Shown here: in pieces, positions 23,282-32,000 of the stretch
Numbering within the stretch: position 1 is the first letter of the stretch
How the letters are laid out: each line of letters starts with the position of its first letter
From: Hahella chejuensis KCTC 2396
GTDB lineage: Bacteria; Pseudomonadota; Gammaproteobacteria; Pseudomonadales; Oleiphilaceae
NCBI RefSeq assembly: GCF_000012985.1
Contig: NC_007645.1
Span: 3,896,581 to 3,928,580, forward strand
Length of the DNA stretch: 32,000 bases
Reading direction: 5' to 3'
Notes under the pieces: model-generated
The model's database searches: none
What the model was told of the DNA's origin: nothing
What the model saw: the letters and a program-made list of their open reading frames with translations, nothing else
Position numbers and translations under genes: made by a program

Positions 23282-26200
23282 TTACGCCACCGCCCCGGAC
23301 TTTTTCACTGTTGCGAACGCCCTGCGCCGCCCCGTGAAAAACACGCCCTTCACCCACAGATAAAACAGCGGCACGAAGAAAATCGCCAGCGCTGTCGCCG
23401 CCAGAACGCCGCCCAGGACACTGGTTCCAATAGCGTTTTGACTCGCTGAACCGGGTCCGGTGGAGAGCGCCAGAGGGGCGACGCCGGCGCCGAACGCCAG
23501 TGAAGTCATCAGGATAGGACGCAAACGCAAGCGCGCGCCTTCCACCACCGCGGTCATCGGCGCCATGCCCTGGCGCACCGCCGCTTCCGCAAACTCTACG
23601 ATCAGAATCGCATTCTTGGCGGAGAGCCCGATCGTCGTCAGCAGACCTACCTGGAAGTAAATGTCGTTGGGCAGTCCGCGCCAATACACCGCCAGCAACG
23701 CGCCCAGTACGCCAAGAGGTATCGCAGGCGCCACGGCGCAAGGAATCGTCCAGCTTTCGTACAACGCCGCCAGACACAGAAAAACAAACAGGATAGACGC
23801 CAGATACAATAACGGCGCCTGTCCGCTGGACAGTTTGTCCTGATAAGACAGGCCACTCCATTCGAAGTTAGTCCCAGGCAGGCTCGCCGCCTGTTTCTCC
23901 ACCTGCGCCATCGCTTCGCCGGAACTGACGCCCTGGGCCGCCGCGCCGAACAGAGGGACCGCCTGCAGTCCGTTATATCGGCTCAATTCTGTCGGCCCAT
24001 TGCGCCATTGCGTCGCGCTGAAGGCGGTGAAAGGCGTCATGGCGTCTCCGGCGCCGCGCACAAACCAGTGACGCAAATCCTCCGGCGCCGCGCGATAAGG
24101 CGCATCCGCCTGTACGATCACCTTTTTCACCCTGCCCTGATGCACGAAATCATTCACATAAGAACCACCCCAGGCCACGCTCAGGGTCTCATTGACGTCC
24201 TCCAGCGCCAATCCCAGGGCGGAGGCTTTCTCACGGTCGATATCCACGCGCAGTTGCTGCACGTTGCGGTCGGCGCCGGCGCGCACGTAGGAAAACGCCT
24301 CGCCGCCCTGCAGACGTTGTTCCAGTTCCGCAGCGGCGGCGGCCAGTCCTTCCGTCCCCAGTCCGCCCAGGTCCTGCAACCATAACTCGAAGCCGTTGCT
24401 GCGCCCCAGGCCTTCAATGGGGGGCAACACCATGCTGTAAGCCTGGGCGTCGCGCAGACGACTGAACGCCTCAGTGGCGCGATCGGCGATCGCCTGCGCG
24501 CTGTTTTCAGGGCCTTCCCGCTGCGACCAGTCCTTCAGCGCCACAAACCCCATGCCGGCGTTTTGCCCGGCGCCGTCAAAGCTAAAGCCGGACAGGATAT
24601 ACACCGTCTCCACATTCGCCTTTTCCTGTTCCAGGAAGTAGCGTTCAATTTCTTGCGCCACTTTCGCCGCGCGGTCATAGGTGGCGCCTGCCGGCAGATT
24701 GAATTGAACCAACACGGTTCCCTGGTCTTCGTCCGGAATAAAGGCGGTGGGCAGACGCCAGTACACCAGCGCCATCAATCCAACCGCCAAAATATACGCG
24801 GCGCTGAAACGAACCGGCCGGGACAGCATAAATCTCAGCCCGCCGACATAGCGCTGCTGAAACCTGGCGAAACCGCGATTGAATGCGTTGAAGCCGCCTG
24901 CGGACGCTTCGCCGTGGCGCAGGAACTTGACGCAAAGCGCAGGCGTCAGACAAATCGCCGCCACGGCCGACAGCGCCATCGCCGCGACCAAAGTCACGGA
25001 GAACTGTCGATAGATCACGCCCACAGAGCCCGAAAAAAACGCCATGGGCAAGAAAACAGCGGCCAGCGCCGCCGCCACGCCAATCAGCACTCCGGTAATC
25101 CGGTCCATGGATTTCAGGGTCGCCGCGCGGGCGTCCAGACCTTCCTCGCGCATGATGCGCTCAACGTTCTCCACCACGACAATAGCGTCGTCCACCAGCA
25201 GACCAATCGCCAGCACCATGGCGAACAGACTGAGCGTGTTGACGGAATAGCCGGCTGCGGCGAGAACGCCAAAGGTTCCCAATAACACAACAGGCACGGT
25301 TATCGCCGGGATCAAGGTCGCGCGCCAGTTCTGCAGAAATGCGAACATAACCAGCACCACCAGCGCCACCGCCTCCAACAAGGTCTGCAGCACCGAGTGG
25401 ATAGACAACTTTACGAAACGCGTCGTGTCTTCCGGGAAGGCGACTTTCACTCCTGGCGGAAAGACGCCCCGTAACTGCGCCACTTTCTGCTTAACCGCCT
25501 CCGCCACTTGCAGAGCGTTGGCGCCGGGCGCCAGCATCACCGCCAACCCGGAGGCGGGATGTCCGTTCAGTTTGGTCGTCCCGCCATAATCCTCCGCGCC
25601 CAGCTCCACCCGCGCCACGTCTCCCAATCGCACCACGGCGCCGTCCGCATCAGTCTTGATGATGATGTCGCGGAACTGCTGCGGCGACGTCAAACGAGAC
25701 ATGGAGGTAACCGTCACATTCAATTGCTGGCCCGGTCTGGCGGGCAGCGCCCCCAACTCCCCTACCGAGACTTCCGTGTTCTGCGCGGCGATGGCGTCGG
25801 TCACATCTTTGGGCATCAAGCGAAAGCTGTTGAGTTTGTGCGGGTCCAGCCAGATCCTCATGGCGTAGGGGGAACCAAAGTTCTGCACCGCGCCCACGCC
25901 GTCGACCCGACTCAAAGGATCTTGCAGGCTGCCGGCGAGCCAGTCGGAAATGTCCGTGTCGCTGAGGCGATCGCTGGCGTCGTAGAACCCCAGAATCATG
26001 AGAAAGTTATTCTGCGACTTGTTAACCGTCAGCCCTTGTTGCTGCACTGGCGCAGGTAATCTTCCAGCCGCCTGGGCCGCTTTGTTCTGCACTTGCACCT
26101 GGGCGATGTCCGCGTCGGTTCCATGCTGAAAAGTCAGCATGACTTCCGAGGCGCCGGAGCTGCTGCTGCGGGAACTGAAATACATCAGGTTATCCAGCCC

Positions 26201-26452
26201 CTTCAACTCCTGCTCCAGAATCTGCGTAACGCTGTTTTCCACCACCTCAGCGGACGCGCCCGGATAGCTGGCGGAAATCATGATCGTCGGCGGCGCAATA
26301 TCCGGATACTGCGATACCGGCATGGACATCAGCCCCAGCGCGCCGGCCAACATCACCACTATCGCCGCCACCCAGGAAAATACGGGACGATTGACGAAGA
26401 ATGCGGCCAGTCGTCGCTGACTCAGGGCGTCACCCTGTATGGAGTCTCGCAT
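23282..26452 (-). CDS. RND multidrug/HAE1-family efflux permease (AcrB-like, 1056 aa)
   Basis: The N-terminus ..FFVNRPVFSWVAAIVVMLAG.. matches the AcrB FFIDRPIFAWV motif. The length is typical for 12 TM helices with two large periplasmic loops. The C-terminal ..GLSAKNAILIVEFA.. and ..RLRPILMTSLAF.. motifs are present. Confidence 0.92.
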   Translation of the reverse strand: MRDSIQGDALSQRRLAAFFVNRPVFSWVAAIVVMLAGALGLMSMPVSQYPDIAPPTIMISASYPGASAEVVENSVTQILEQELKGLDNLMYFSSRSSSSGASEVMLTFQHGTDADIAQVQVQNKAAQAAGRLPAPVQQQGLTVNKSQNNFLMILGFYDASDRLSDTDISDWLAGSLQDPLSRVDGVGAVQNFGSPYAMRIWLDPHKLNSFRLMPKDVTDAIAAQNTEVSVGELGALPARPGQQLNVTVTSMSRLTSPQQFRDIIIKTDADGAVVRLGDVARVELGAEDYGGTTKLNGHPASGLAVMLAPGANALQVAEAVKQKVAQLRGVFPPGVKVAFPEDTTRFVKLSIHSVLQTLLEAVALVVLVMFAFLQNWRATLIPAITVPVVLLGTFGVLAAAGYSVNTLSLFAMVLAIGLLVDDAIVVVENVERIMREEGLDARAATLKSMDRITGVLIGVAAALAAVFLPMAFFSGSVGVIYRQFSVTLVAAMALSAVAAICLTPALCVKFLRHGEASAGGFNAFNRGFARFQQRYVGGLRFMLSRPVRFSAAYILAVGLMALVYWRLPTAFIPDEDQGTVLVQFNLPAGATYDRAAKVAQEIERYFLEQEKANVETVYILSGFSFDGAGQNAGMGFVALKDWSQREGPENSAQAIADRATEAFSRLRDAQAYSMVLPPIEGLGRSNGFELWLQDLGGLGTEGLAAAAAELEQRLQGGEAFSYVRAGADRNVQQLRVDIDREKASALGLALEDVNETLSVAWGGSYVNDFVHQGRVKKVIVQADAPYRAAPEDLRHWFVRGAGDAMTPFTAFSATQWRNGPTELSRYNGLQAVPLFGAAAQGVSSGEAMAQVEKQAASLPGTNFEWSGLSYQDKLSSGQAPLLYLASILFVFLCLAALYESWTIPCAVAPAIPLGVLGALLAVYWRGLPNDIYFQVGLLTTIGLSAKNAILIVEFAEAAVRQGMAPMTAVVEGARLRLRPILMTSLAFGAGVAPLALSTGPGSASQNAIGTSVLGGVLAATALAIFFVPLFYLWVKGVFFTGRRRAFATVKKSGAVA

Positions 26453-26461
26453 CGCCGCCGC

Positions 26462-27601
26462 CTATTGTTTCAGCGCCGCCGCGGCGACATCGAAGTTGAG
26501 TTCCGTCGCCAGCGCCGGTTCGCCGGGAGTGGCGTTCAGCAGCCCTTCCACAATCACCCGGTCTCCGGCCTGCAGACCATCGCCGACAATCCAGTGATTG
26601 TCCTGCGCGCCCAGAATATGCAGTCGCCGCTCTTCGACAACCCCCTCAGCGCTGACCACCAGCGCTGTGGCTTGGCCACGGGCGTTGTGGGTCACCGCCT
26701 GCTGCGGGGTCAGATAGACGCCGGAGCGTACGCCTCCCGACAATTCCGCCCGTACGAACATCCCTGGCAGCAGGAGTCCGTCAGGATTGGGGAATTCCGC
26801 CCGCAACGTCACTGATCCGGTCGCCTCATTGACGCTGACTTCAGTGAAACGAAGCACGCCGGGATGAGGGTAGTCGGAGCCGTCTTCCAGCGTCAGTCTG
26901 ACGTCTTTGGCCTCCTGTGAGTCAGGCTTCTCCGACAGGGACTGACGCAGCGCAAGCAGTTCACGGCTGGACTGCGCCAGGTCCACATAAATCGGGTCCA
27001 GTTGCTGGATCAACGCCAGAGGCGCGCTTTGCCCTTCCGTGACCAACGCCCCTTCACTGACAGCCGAGCGCCCGATACGACCGGGAATAGGCGCGTCAAT
27101 GCGGGTGCGCTGTAAATCCACCGCCGCCAGTTGCAGCGCCGCCTGTGCGGCCTGCACAGCGGCTTGCGCCTGGCGGTGATCGCTCTGAATGTCTTCATGG
27201 TCCTGCCGGCTGACGCTTTTGTTGGCGGCCAGCTCCGCATAACGCCGACTCTTGCCGCCGAGACTGTCCAGGCGCGCCTGCGCCGTCGCCAAACTGGCCT
27301 GCGCCTGGTCGTACATTGCCTGGTAACGGTCGGATTCGATGCGATACAGCGCCTGCCCCTGCTCCACCACAGCGCCCTCTACAAACAAACGACGGTCGAT
27401 AATGCCGTTCACCTGGGGACGCACCTCGGCGGAGCGGTACGCTACCGTCCGCCCCGACAATTGCACCCGTATTGGCGCATCCTGCGGCGTTAGCGTCACC
27501 ACGCCGACCTCTGGAGGCGGCGGAGGGGTGGGCGCAGGCGCTTTCTGCTCGCCGCATCCGGTCAATAACAGGGGGAATAGCAAATAGCGAATTTTTTCCA
27601 T
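26462..27601 (-). CDS. RND efflux membrane-fusion (periplasmic adaptor) lipoprotein
   Basis: The ATG at 27601 gives MEKIRYLLFPLLLTGCGEQ with a lipobox LTGC. The HlyD/AcrA-like layout includes coiled-coil ..QAALQLAAVDLQRTRIDAPIPGRIG.. The stop lies 9 nt before the RND permease start. Confidence 0.9.
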   Translation of the reverse strand: MEKIRYLLFPLLLTGCGEQKAPAPTPPPPPEVGVVTLTPQDAPIRVQLSGRTVAYRSAEVRPQVNGIIDRRLFVEGAVVEQGQALYRIESDRYQAMYDQAQASLATAQARLDSLGGKSRRYAELAANKSVSRQDHEDIQSDHRQAQAAVQAAQAALQLAAVDLQRTRIDAPIPGRIGRSAVSEGALVTEGQSAPLALIQQLDPIYVDLAQSSRELLALRQSLSEKPDSQEAKDVRLTLEDGSDYPHPGVLRFTEVSVNEATGSVTLRAEFPNPDGLLLPGMFVRAELSGGVRSGVYLTPQQAVTHNARGQATALVVSAEGVVEERRLHILGAQDNHWIVGDGLQAGDRVIVEGLLNATPGEPALATELNFDVAAAALKQ

Positions 27602-27685
27602 GATGACTGCGTTCGATACTTCCTGAGTAAGAAGAGACGCCAACGAACGACGCGCTTCCAATTTATTGATTGTGGACAAGAATTA

Positions 27686-27713
27686 CATAATGATAATAGT
27701 TATCATTTGCATT
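27686..27713. promoter_or_regulatory. Fur box in the divergent promoter region between the RND operon and fepB
   Basis: CATAATGATAATAGTTATC (27686-27704) matches the 19-bp consensus GATAATGATAATCATTATC at 16 of 19 positions. It is followed by ATTTGCATT, which recurs in the entS-fepD operator. Confidence 0.7.
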
Positions 27714-27867
27714 AGCATTATATGAGTCCTGACCGGCGACCTGTCAACGCGTTAGCGCGGCTTTTTACCTGTCGACACTCGATAAGCCCGCGCCTGCAGC
27801 GATTCAGGCGCCTTCGTTGCACACGGGCAGGACGCCAACAACCAATCAAAGGGGTAGAGATTTCACG

Positions 27868-28932
27868 ATGTTGCGTAACCGCTTTTTACTTCTTCTCATA
27901 TCGTTTTGCGCCTGCCTGCTAATCGCCTGTAGTGGAGATCGCGATGGCCCTCCTGACGCCTCGGCGCAATCATCCCCCTCCCTGACCATCCAGAATGCGT
28001 CGACCTGGCCAAGAACGCTGGTGACGTCACAGGGCGAACTCACCCTTGAGCAGGCGCCGCAACGGATCGTCTCCACCAGCGTGACCTTGACCGGCGTTCT
28101 GCTGGCTATTGACGCCCCGGTGGTGGCCAGCGGCGCCTCTTCGGCCAATACAGAGGTCGCGGATGAACAGGGCTTTTTCCGCCAATGGGGGGATGTCGCC
28201 CGTCAGCGCGGCGTACGTCCGATTTATCAGGGAGCGCCCGACGCGGAAGCCATCATCGCCGAACAGCCGGACCTGATTGTCATGGCGAGAACCGGCGGCG
28301 ACTCCGCCCTCGCCCTTTATGAGCAACTCAGTCTTTTCGCGCCGGTGTTAGTCCTCAACTACGACGACAAAAGCTGGCAGGAACTGGCCTCAGCGCTGGG
28401 AGCCGCGACGGGGCGCGAGCAGCAGGCGCAAGCGGTCATAGAGGAATTCAACGCCCAGGTCGCCAGCGTCAAAACGCGCTTGCAACTGCCGCCGCAACCG
28501 GTCTCTGCGCTGGTGTATTACGAAGATGGCTCCGGCGCCAATCTGTGGACGCCGGATTCCGCACAAGGTCAGCTGCTGCAGGCGCTGGGCTTTGAAATTG
28601 CGACGCCGCCCTCCCACGTCCAGGGAGGAACCCTGCAGGGCGAGCGCAAAGATATTGTCCAACTCGCAGGGGAGAATCTCTCCGACGGACTCCAGGGCCG
28701 CACCATGCTGCTGTTCTCCGCTGACGAGAGCAGCGTCCGGCGCATCAATCAAGACAAGTTTCTCGCGCATACACCCGCCATTCTGAGCAACCGGGTGTAC
28801 GCCGTGGGGTTGGACACCTTTCGTCTGGACTACTACAGCGCCAGCAATCTTCTGCAGCGACTGGCCAGTCTGTTTCCTGAAACGCCCACCGCTGTCGCCG
28901 ACGCTAACTCGTCATTCATGAACCGCCCTTAA
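27868..28932 (+). CDS. fepB: Ferric-catecholate siderophore periplasmic binding protein (FepB-like lipoprotein)
   Basis: Strong colinearity with E. coli FepB: RIVSTSVTLTGVLLAIDAPVVASGA, VADEQGFFRQW, TGGDSALALYEQLS, NYDDKSWQ, LPPQPVSALVY, ANLWTPDSAQGQLL..LGF, IVQLAGENL, FRLDYYSA. The ATG at 27868 gives the signal/lipobox LLIACSG. Confidence 0.88.
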   Translation: MLRNRFLLLLISFCACLLIACSGDRDGPPDASAQSSPSLTIQNASTWPRTLVTSQGELTLEQAPQRIVSTSVTLTGVLLAIDAPVVASGASSANTEVADEQGFFRQWGDVARQRGVRPIYQGAPDAEAIIAEQPDLIVMARTGGDSALALYEQLSLFAPVLVLNYDDKSWQELASALGAATGREQQAQAVIEEFNAQVASVKTRLQLPPQPVSALVYYEDGSGANLWTPDSAQGQLLQALGFEIATPPSHVQGGTLQGERKDIVQLAGENLSDGLQGRTMLLFSADESSVRRINQDKFLAHTPAILSNRVYAVGLDTFRLDYYSASNLLQRLASLFPETPTAVADANSSFMNRP

Positions 28933-28980
28933 AACCTGTTACGCCTCCTAACCGGCGGACTCTGACTGTCTTTGACCCTT

Positions 28981-29007
28981 TACCCACTGCGCTGAGCGCA
29001 GCGGGTA
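28981..29007. terminator. Stem-loop between convergent fepB and entS (bidirectional terminator candidate)
   Basis: TACCCACTGCGC (28981-28992) pairs with GCGCAGCGGGTA (28996-29007), with one mismatch and a 3-nt loop. Confidence 0.5.
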
Positions 29008-29016
29008 AACTCAACA

Positions 29017-30303
29017 TCAGGCGGGTTCTTCACTTTCCGCGACGTAGCCCGCCATGGTTTCAGTTTCATTGGGAGCCGCGCCGGATTGCAGTCTGCGCAG
29101 CGAACCAAATCCTACCGACATAAGCGTCCCCGCCGCGGCGATCGCAACGCCGAATGAGAAAACGCCCAGCACTGAGGTCACCGCCTTGGCCAATGCGCCC
29201 AACCCTACCGCGCCGACGCCGTCGCCGACCACATCCTGCGCACTCCACAGGCTGTTCACCCGGCCCAACAGTCGATCCGGCGTGTGGCCCTGCACCAGCG
29301 TAAACTGCAACAGAGAGGTGATGGAGCCAAGGTAACCGATCAGCGCCAGCGCCGCCAAAGCAGGCCAGATATGCCCGACCACGCCCAGAGAGGCCACCGC
29401 CAATGCGGACGCGATCAGCGTACTCAGCATTAAGGCGCCGGGGCGTCGCCAGCCTCCCACCCAGCCACTGGTGAAAGCGCCCAGCATGGCGCCCAGGGGT
29501 ACGGCGGAAAACATCAACCCCACTTCAAAAGCGCCGCCGCCATAGCCCTCCTCGGCCAACGCCGGAAACAGTACGCGAATGGCGCTCAGCGCCGTTTGCG
29601 CCGTGCCCACCAGAATGACCGCGCCAACGATTTTATGGCCGAACAAAAACTGGAACCCTTCCTTCAGTGCTTGCAAGGGATGCCCCGGAGGACCGTCGCC
29701 AGGCTTCAGCGACGGCAAACGCACCAGCGGCAGCAAGGTTGCGACGGTGCCAACGCCCGCCAGAAGGTAGTTCCAGCTCACATCGGCGGTGACGATAATC
29801 AGACCGCCCACCGCCGGCGACATCACCGCGCCCAAGCGCACGGTAAGCATGCTCAAAGCCCCCGCGGCGGCCAGATTTTCCCGGCCGACCAAGGTGGGAA
29901 TCGACGCCATTAAAGCGGTGATTCCCATGGCCCCGAAAAAGCCGTCCCAGGCGGAAACGACATAAAGCGCCAGCAGCGACGGCGCCGCCACGAAGCTATT
30001 CAACGCCAGGGCGAGAAAGCCCGCTCCGCAAAGGAACCGCGCCGTCAGAATGAGCTTGCGGCGATCGAACCGATCCGCCAGTACGCCGCCGCACATGAGC
30101 CCGACGAACATGCCGACGCTGTCCAGCGCCATGGCGAAACCGACCTGCAGCGTGGAGCCGGTCAGCTCGTGTATCTGAACCGGAACGGCGACAGTGAGAA
30201 TGCCGAGCGCGAATACCGACATCATTCGCGCCACAAAAACAGCGCGAAAGTGTGAGTTGTTTTTGAGCAGACTGAAGTCCACAAAGATAGATGATTTGCT
30301 CAT
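29017..30303 (-). CDS. entS: MFS enterobactin/catecholate siderophore exporter EntS
   Basis: Colinear with E. coli EntS: ..LLKNNSHFRAVFVARMMSVFALGILTVAVPVQI.., GGVLADRFDRRKLIL, ALVGRENL.AAGA..MLTVRLG.V.SP..GG. It is divergent from fepD, as in E. coli. I prefer the ATG at 30303 over the TTG at 30315. Confidence 0.88.
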   Translation of the reverse strand: MSKSSIFVDFSLLKNNSHFRAVFVARMMSVFALGILTVAVPVQIHELTGSTLQVGFAMALDSVGMFVGLMCGGVLADRFDRRKLILTARFLCGAGFLALALNSFVAAPSLLALYVVSAWDGFFGAMGITALMASIPTLVGRENLAAAGALSMLTVRLGAVMSPAVGGLIIVTADVSWNYLLAGVGTVATLLPLVRLPSLKPGDGPPGHPLQALKEGFQFLFGHKIVGAVILVGTAQTALSAIRVLFPALAEEGYGGGAFEVGLMFSAVPLGAMLGAFTSGWVGGWRRPGALMLSTLIASALAVASLGVVGHIWPALAALALIGYLGSITSLLQFTLVQGHTPDRLLGRVNSLWSAQDVVGDGVGAVGLGALAKAVTSVLGVFSFGVAIAAAGTLMSVGFGSLRRLQSGAAPNETETMAGYVAESEEPA

Positions 30304-30412
30304 TACACCAGCCAAAGAATTGATGAATAGAAGTGATTTCCCTGCCTCTATTCGCAGGATCGCGCAGGAGTGGTTTTACCCGCAGGCGCAGCATGATAGT
30401 ATACCAACCGTT

Positions 30413-30437
30413 AATACAAATCATTCTCATTTGCATT
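30413..30437. promoter_or_regulatory. Fur-box-like operator in the entS-fepD divergent intergenic region
   Basis: AATACAAATCATTCTCATTTGCATT contains phased ..ATCAT/..CTCAT/..GCAT hexamers. It shares the 11-mer TCATTTGCATT with the 27686-27713 site. The match to the 19-bp consensus is only moderate. Confidence 0.5.
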
Positions 30438-30449
30438 TGAGTCAGATAT

Positions 30450-31487
30450 TTGAACGACGCCACCCTCTCCGCTTCCGCCCCCTCTTCAGCGCCTCGTTAC
30501 CGCGCGCGGTGGGCGATATTCACAACAAGTCTGCTGTTGTTGGCCTTCATCAGCGCCCTTAGCTTAATGCTGGGAGCGAAGGCGATTCCTTTCCCCATCG
30601 TTGTGGATAGCCTGCTCGGGGTGACTGGCGGCGCAGACGCCATCATCGTTCTGGACAGCCGCTTACCCCGTACGCTATTAGGTCTGTTGGCCGGGGCCGC
30701 CCTGGGCGCCTCCGGCGCTCTGATCCAGGCATTGACCCGCAACCCTCTGGCTGAACCGGGCATACTTGGCGTCAACGCAGGCGCCGGGCTCGCGATGGTG
30801 CTGGGGGTGGCGTTCTTCGGCGTTCACTCGCAGCCAGGGTATCTTGGACTGGCGGCGCTGGGCGCGCTGCTTACGACGCTGCTGGTGTTTTTCGCCGGTT
30901 ATTACGGGGCCACGCGCATGGACCCGTTGCGCTTTGTGCTGGCGGGGGTCGCCATTGGCGCGGTGATGTCCGGAGCCGCATCCGGCGTCACCCTGCTGCA
31001 TCCCACAGCTTTCGACACCATGCGTTACTGGAGCGCCGGTTCACTGAACGTGCGTAGTCTGGAGCCGGTGCTGTGGGTCGCTCCCGTCATCGTCGCAGGC
31101 GTTATACTGGCGCTGATCCTGGCGCGTCCCCTTAACGCCATCGCCATGGGAGAAGAACTATCGGTAGCCTTGGGCGCCAGACCGCAATGGACGCAGGGGC
31201 TGTCCATCCTGGCGATCACGCTGCTGTGCGGAGGGGCCACCGCCGCGGCGGGCCCTATCGCCTTCATTGGTCTGATGATTCCCCATATCGCCCGCTGGCT
31301 GATGGGTGCGGATCAACGCTGGATCATCCTGCTTACATTGACGCTTTCTCCCTGTCTTTTGCTGTCCGCAGATATCCTGGGACGTTTTCTCACGCCAGGA
31401 GAACTGCGCGTCTCTATCGTCACCGCGTTCCTCGGCGCGCCAATGTTGATCTGGCTGGCGCGGCGTCAGCATGGAGAGTCGAGATGA
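30450..31487 (+). CDS. fepD: Ferric-siderophore ABC transporter permease FepD
   Basis: Colinear with E. coli FepD: LDSRLPRTLLGLLAGAALGASGALIQALTRNPLAEPGILGVNAGA.., GPIAFIGLMIPHIARWLMGADQRW, GELRVSIVTAFLGAPMLIWL. The track start is a TTG, so the exact start is uncertain. Confidence 0.88.
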   Translation: MNDATLSASAPSSAPRYRARWAIFTTSLLLLAFISALSLMLGAKAIPFPIVVDSLLGVTGGADAIIVLDSRLPRTLLGLLAGAALGASGALIQALTRNPLAEPGILGVNAGAGLAMVLGVAFFGVHSQPGYLGLAALGALLTTLLVFFAGYYGATRMDPLRFVLAGVAIGAVMSGAASGVTLLHPTAFDTMRYWSAGSLNVRSLEPVLWVAPVIVAGVILALILARPLNAIAMGEELSVALGARPQWTQGLSILAITLLCGGATAAAGPIAFIGLMIPHIARWLMGADQRWIILLTLTLSPCLLLSADILGRFLTPGELRVSIVTAFLGAPMLIWLARRQHGESR

Positions 31488-32000
31488 ACCGCGCCGACCA
31501 CTTTCTGATTGGCGGGCTGGACAGCGCCGTCAGCCTGCCCCTCGATAAGCGCGCGCTGCGCCTGGGGGTCATCTTATGCGCCGCCTGTCTGGGATTGAGC
31601 CTGTTCGCGCTGGGTTGGGGAACGTTGACGCTCACATTCAACGATGTCGTGCAGGCGTTATTCGGAAATGCCCAAGGGCAAATACAGGTTGTGGTGACGC
31701 AATGGCGGCTACCCCGGATTACCGCAGCGGTCATACTGGGGGCGGCGCTGGGCGTCAGCGGCGCCATTTTCCAGTCGTTACTCCGTAACCCTTTGGGCAG
31801 CCCGGATGTAGTCGGTTTCAATACCGGCGCATACAGCGGCGCGCTCCTGGTCATCGCGGTATTTCAAGGCGGCTACTACGAGACCGCCGCCGGCGCGCTG
31901 TCAGGCGGTTTGGCGACGGCGTTGGTCGTCTATGCGCTGGCCTGGCGCAAGGGCTCCGCGCCGGGGTTCCGACTGATTATTGTCGGCATCGCCGTCAGCG
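31484..32000 (+). CDS. fepG: Ferric-siderophore ABC transporter permease FepG, N-terminal part; 3' end outside the window
   Basis: This ORF is not in the supplied track because it is open at the window edge. The ATG at 31484 overlaps the fepD stop (ATGA). My translation contains ..VVTQWRLPRITAAVILGAALGVSGAIFQSLLRNPLGSPDVVGFNTGAYSG..FRLIIVGIAV, which matches E. coli FepG. Confidence 0.85.
   Translation, partial: MNRADHFLIGGLDSAVSLPLDKRALRLGVILCAACLGLSLFALGWGTLTLTFNDVVQALFGNAQGQIQVVVTQWRLPRITAAVILGAALGVSGAIFQSLLRNPLGSPDVVGFNTGAYSGALLVIAVFQGGYYETAAGALSGGLATALVVYALAWRKGSAPGFRLIIVGIAVS

Noticed and set aside
23259-27587. Many 60-240 aa ORFs on both strands inside the RND permease and membrane-fusion genes (for example 24563..25285, 25508..26059, 26093..26815, 23259..23861, 27131..27493)
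   Set aside because: These are alternative-frame or antisense ORFs typical of high-GC coding DNA. They are Arg/Ala/Gly-rich, and the annotated frames have strong family signatures.

Overview
This window looks like high-GC gammaproteobacterial core DNA interrupted by a roughly 20 kb mosaic, largely AT-rich accessory island at about 1300-21700. No GC values or identity percentages were computed; all such statements are by eye.

Core flanks:
- Left: the 3' end of an RND efflux permease.
- Right: a YqhD-like iron alcohol dehydrogenase, an RND permease plus membrane-fusion protein pair, and an Enterobacteriaceae-style ferric-siderophore cluster (fepB, entS, fepD, fepG) with Fur-box-like operators.

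The island is a minus-strand polymorphic-toxin arsenal:
1. One full-length Rhs/YD-repeat protein (15804-20042). Its C-terminal toxin carries the signature residues of ADP-ribosyl cyclase/CD38-type NADases, and a small immunity ORF follows it.
2. Four downstream orphan Rhs core-end/toxin/immunity cassettes share a roughly 0.3-0.5 kb near-identical recombination handle. Each carries a different lesion: a nonsense codon, a homopolymer frameshift, a toxin-immunity in-frame fusion, or an IS5-family insertion that can be excised in silico to restore the frame.
3. A separate DUF4123 adaptor / deaminase-like toxin / SUKH immunity operon.
4. A tail of orphan immunity-like paralogs.
5. Directly upstream of rhs, an unusual pair: a TOPRIM-less GyrB-like GHKL ATPase with an overlapping small ORF.

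An IS3 transposase remnant is also present. I saw no tRNA, rRNA, CRISPR array or integrase. All domain calls come from motif recognition by eye and need HMM or structure confirmation.
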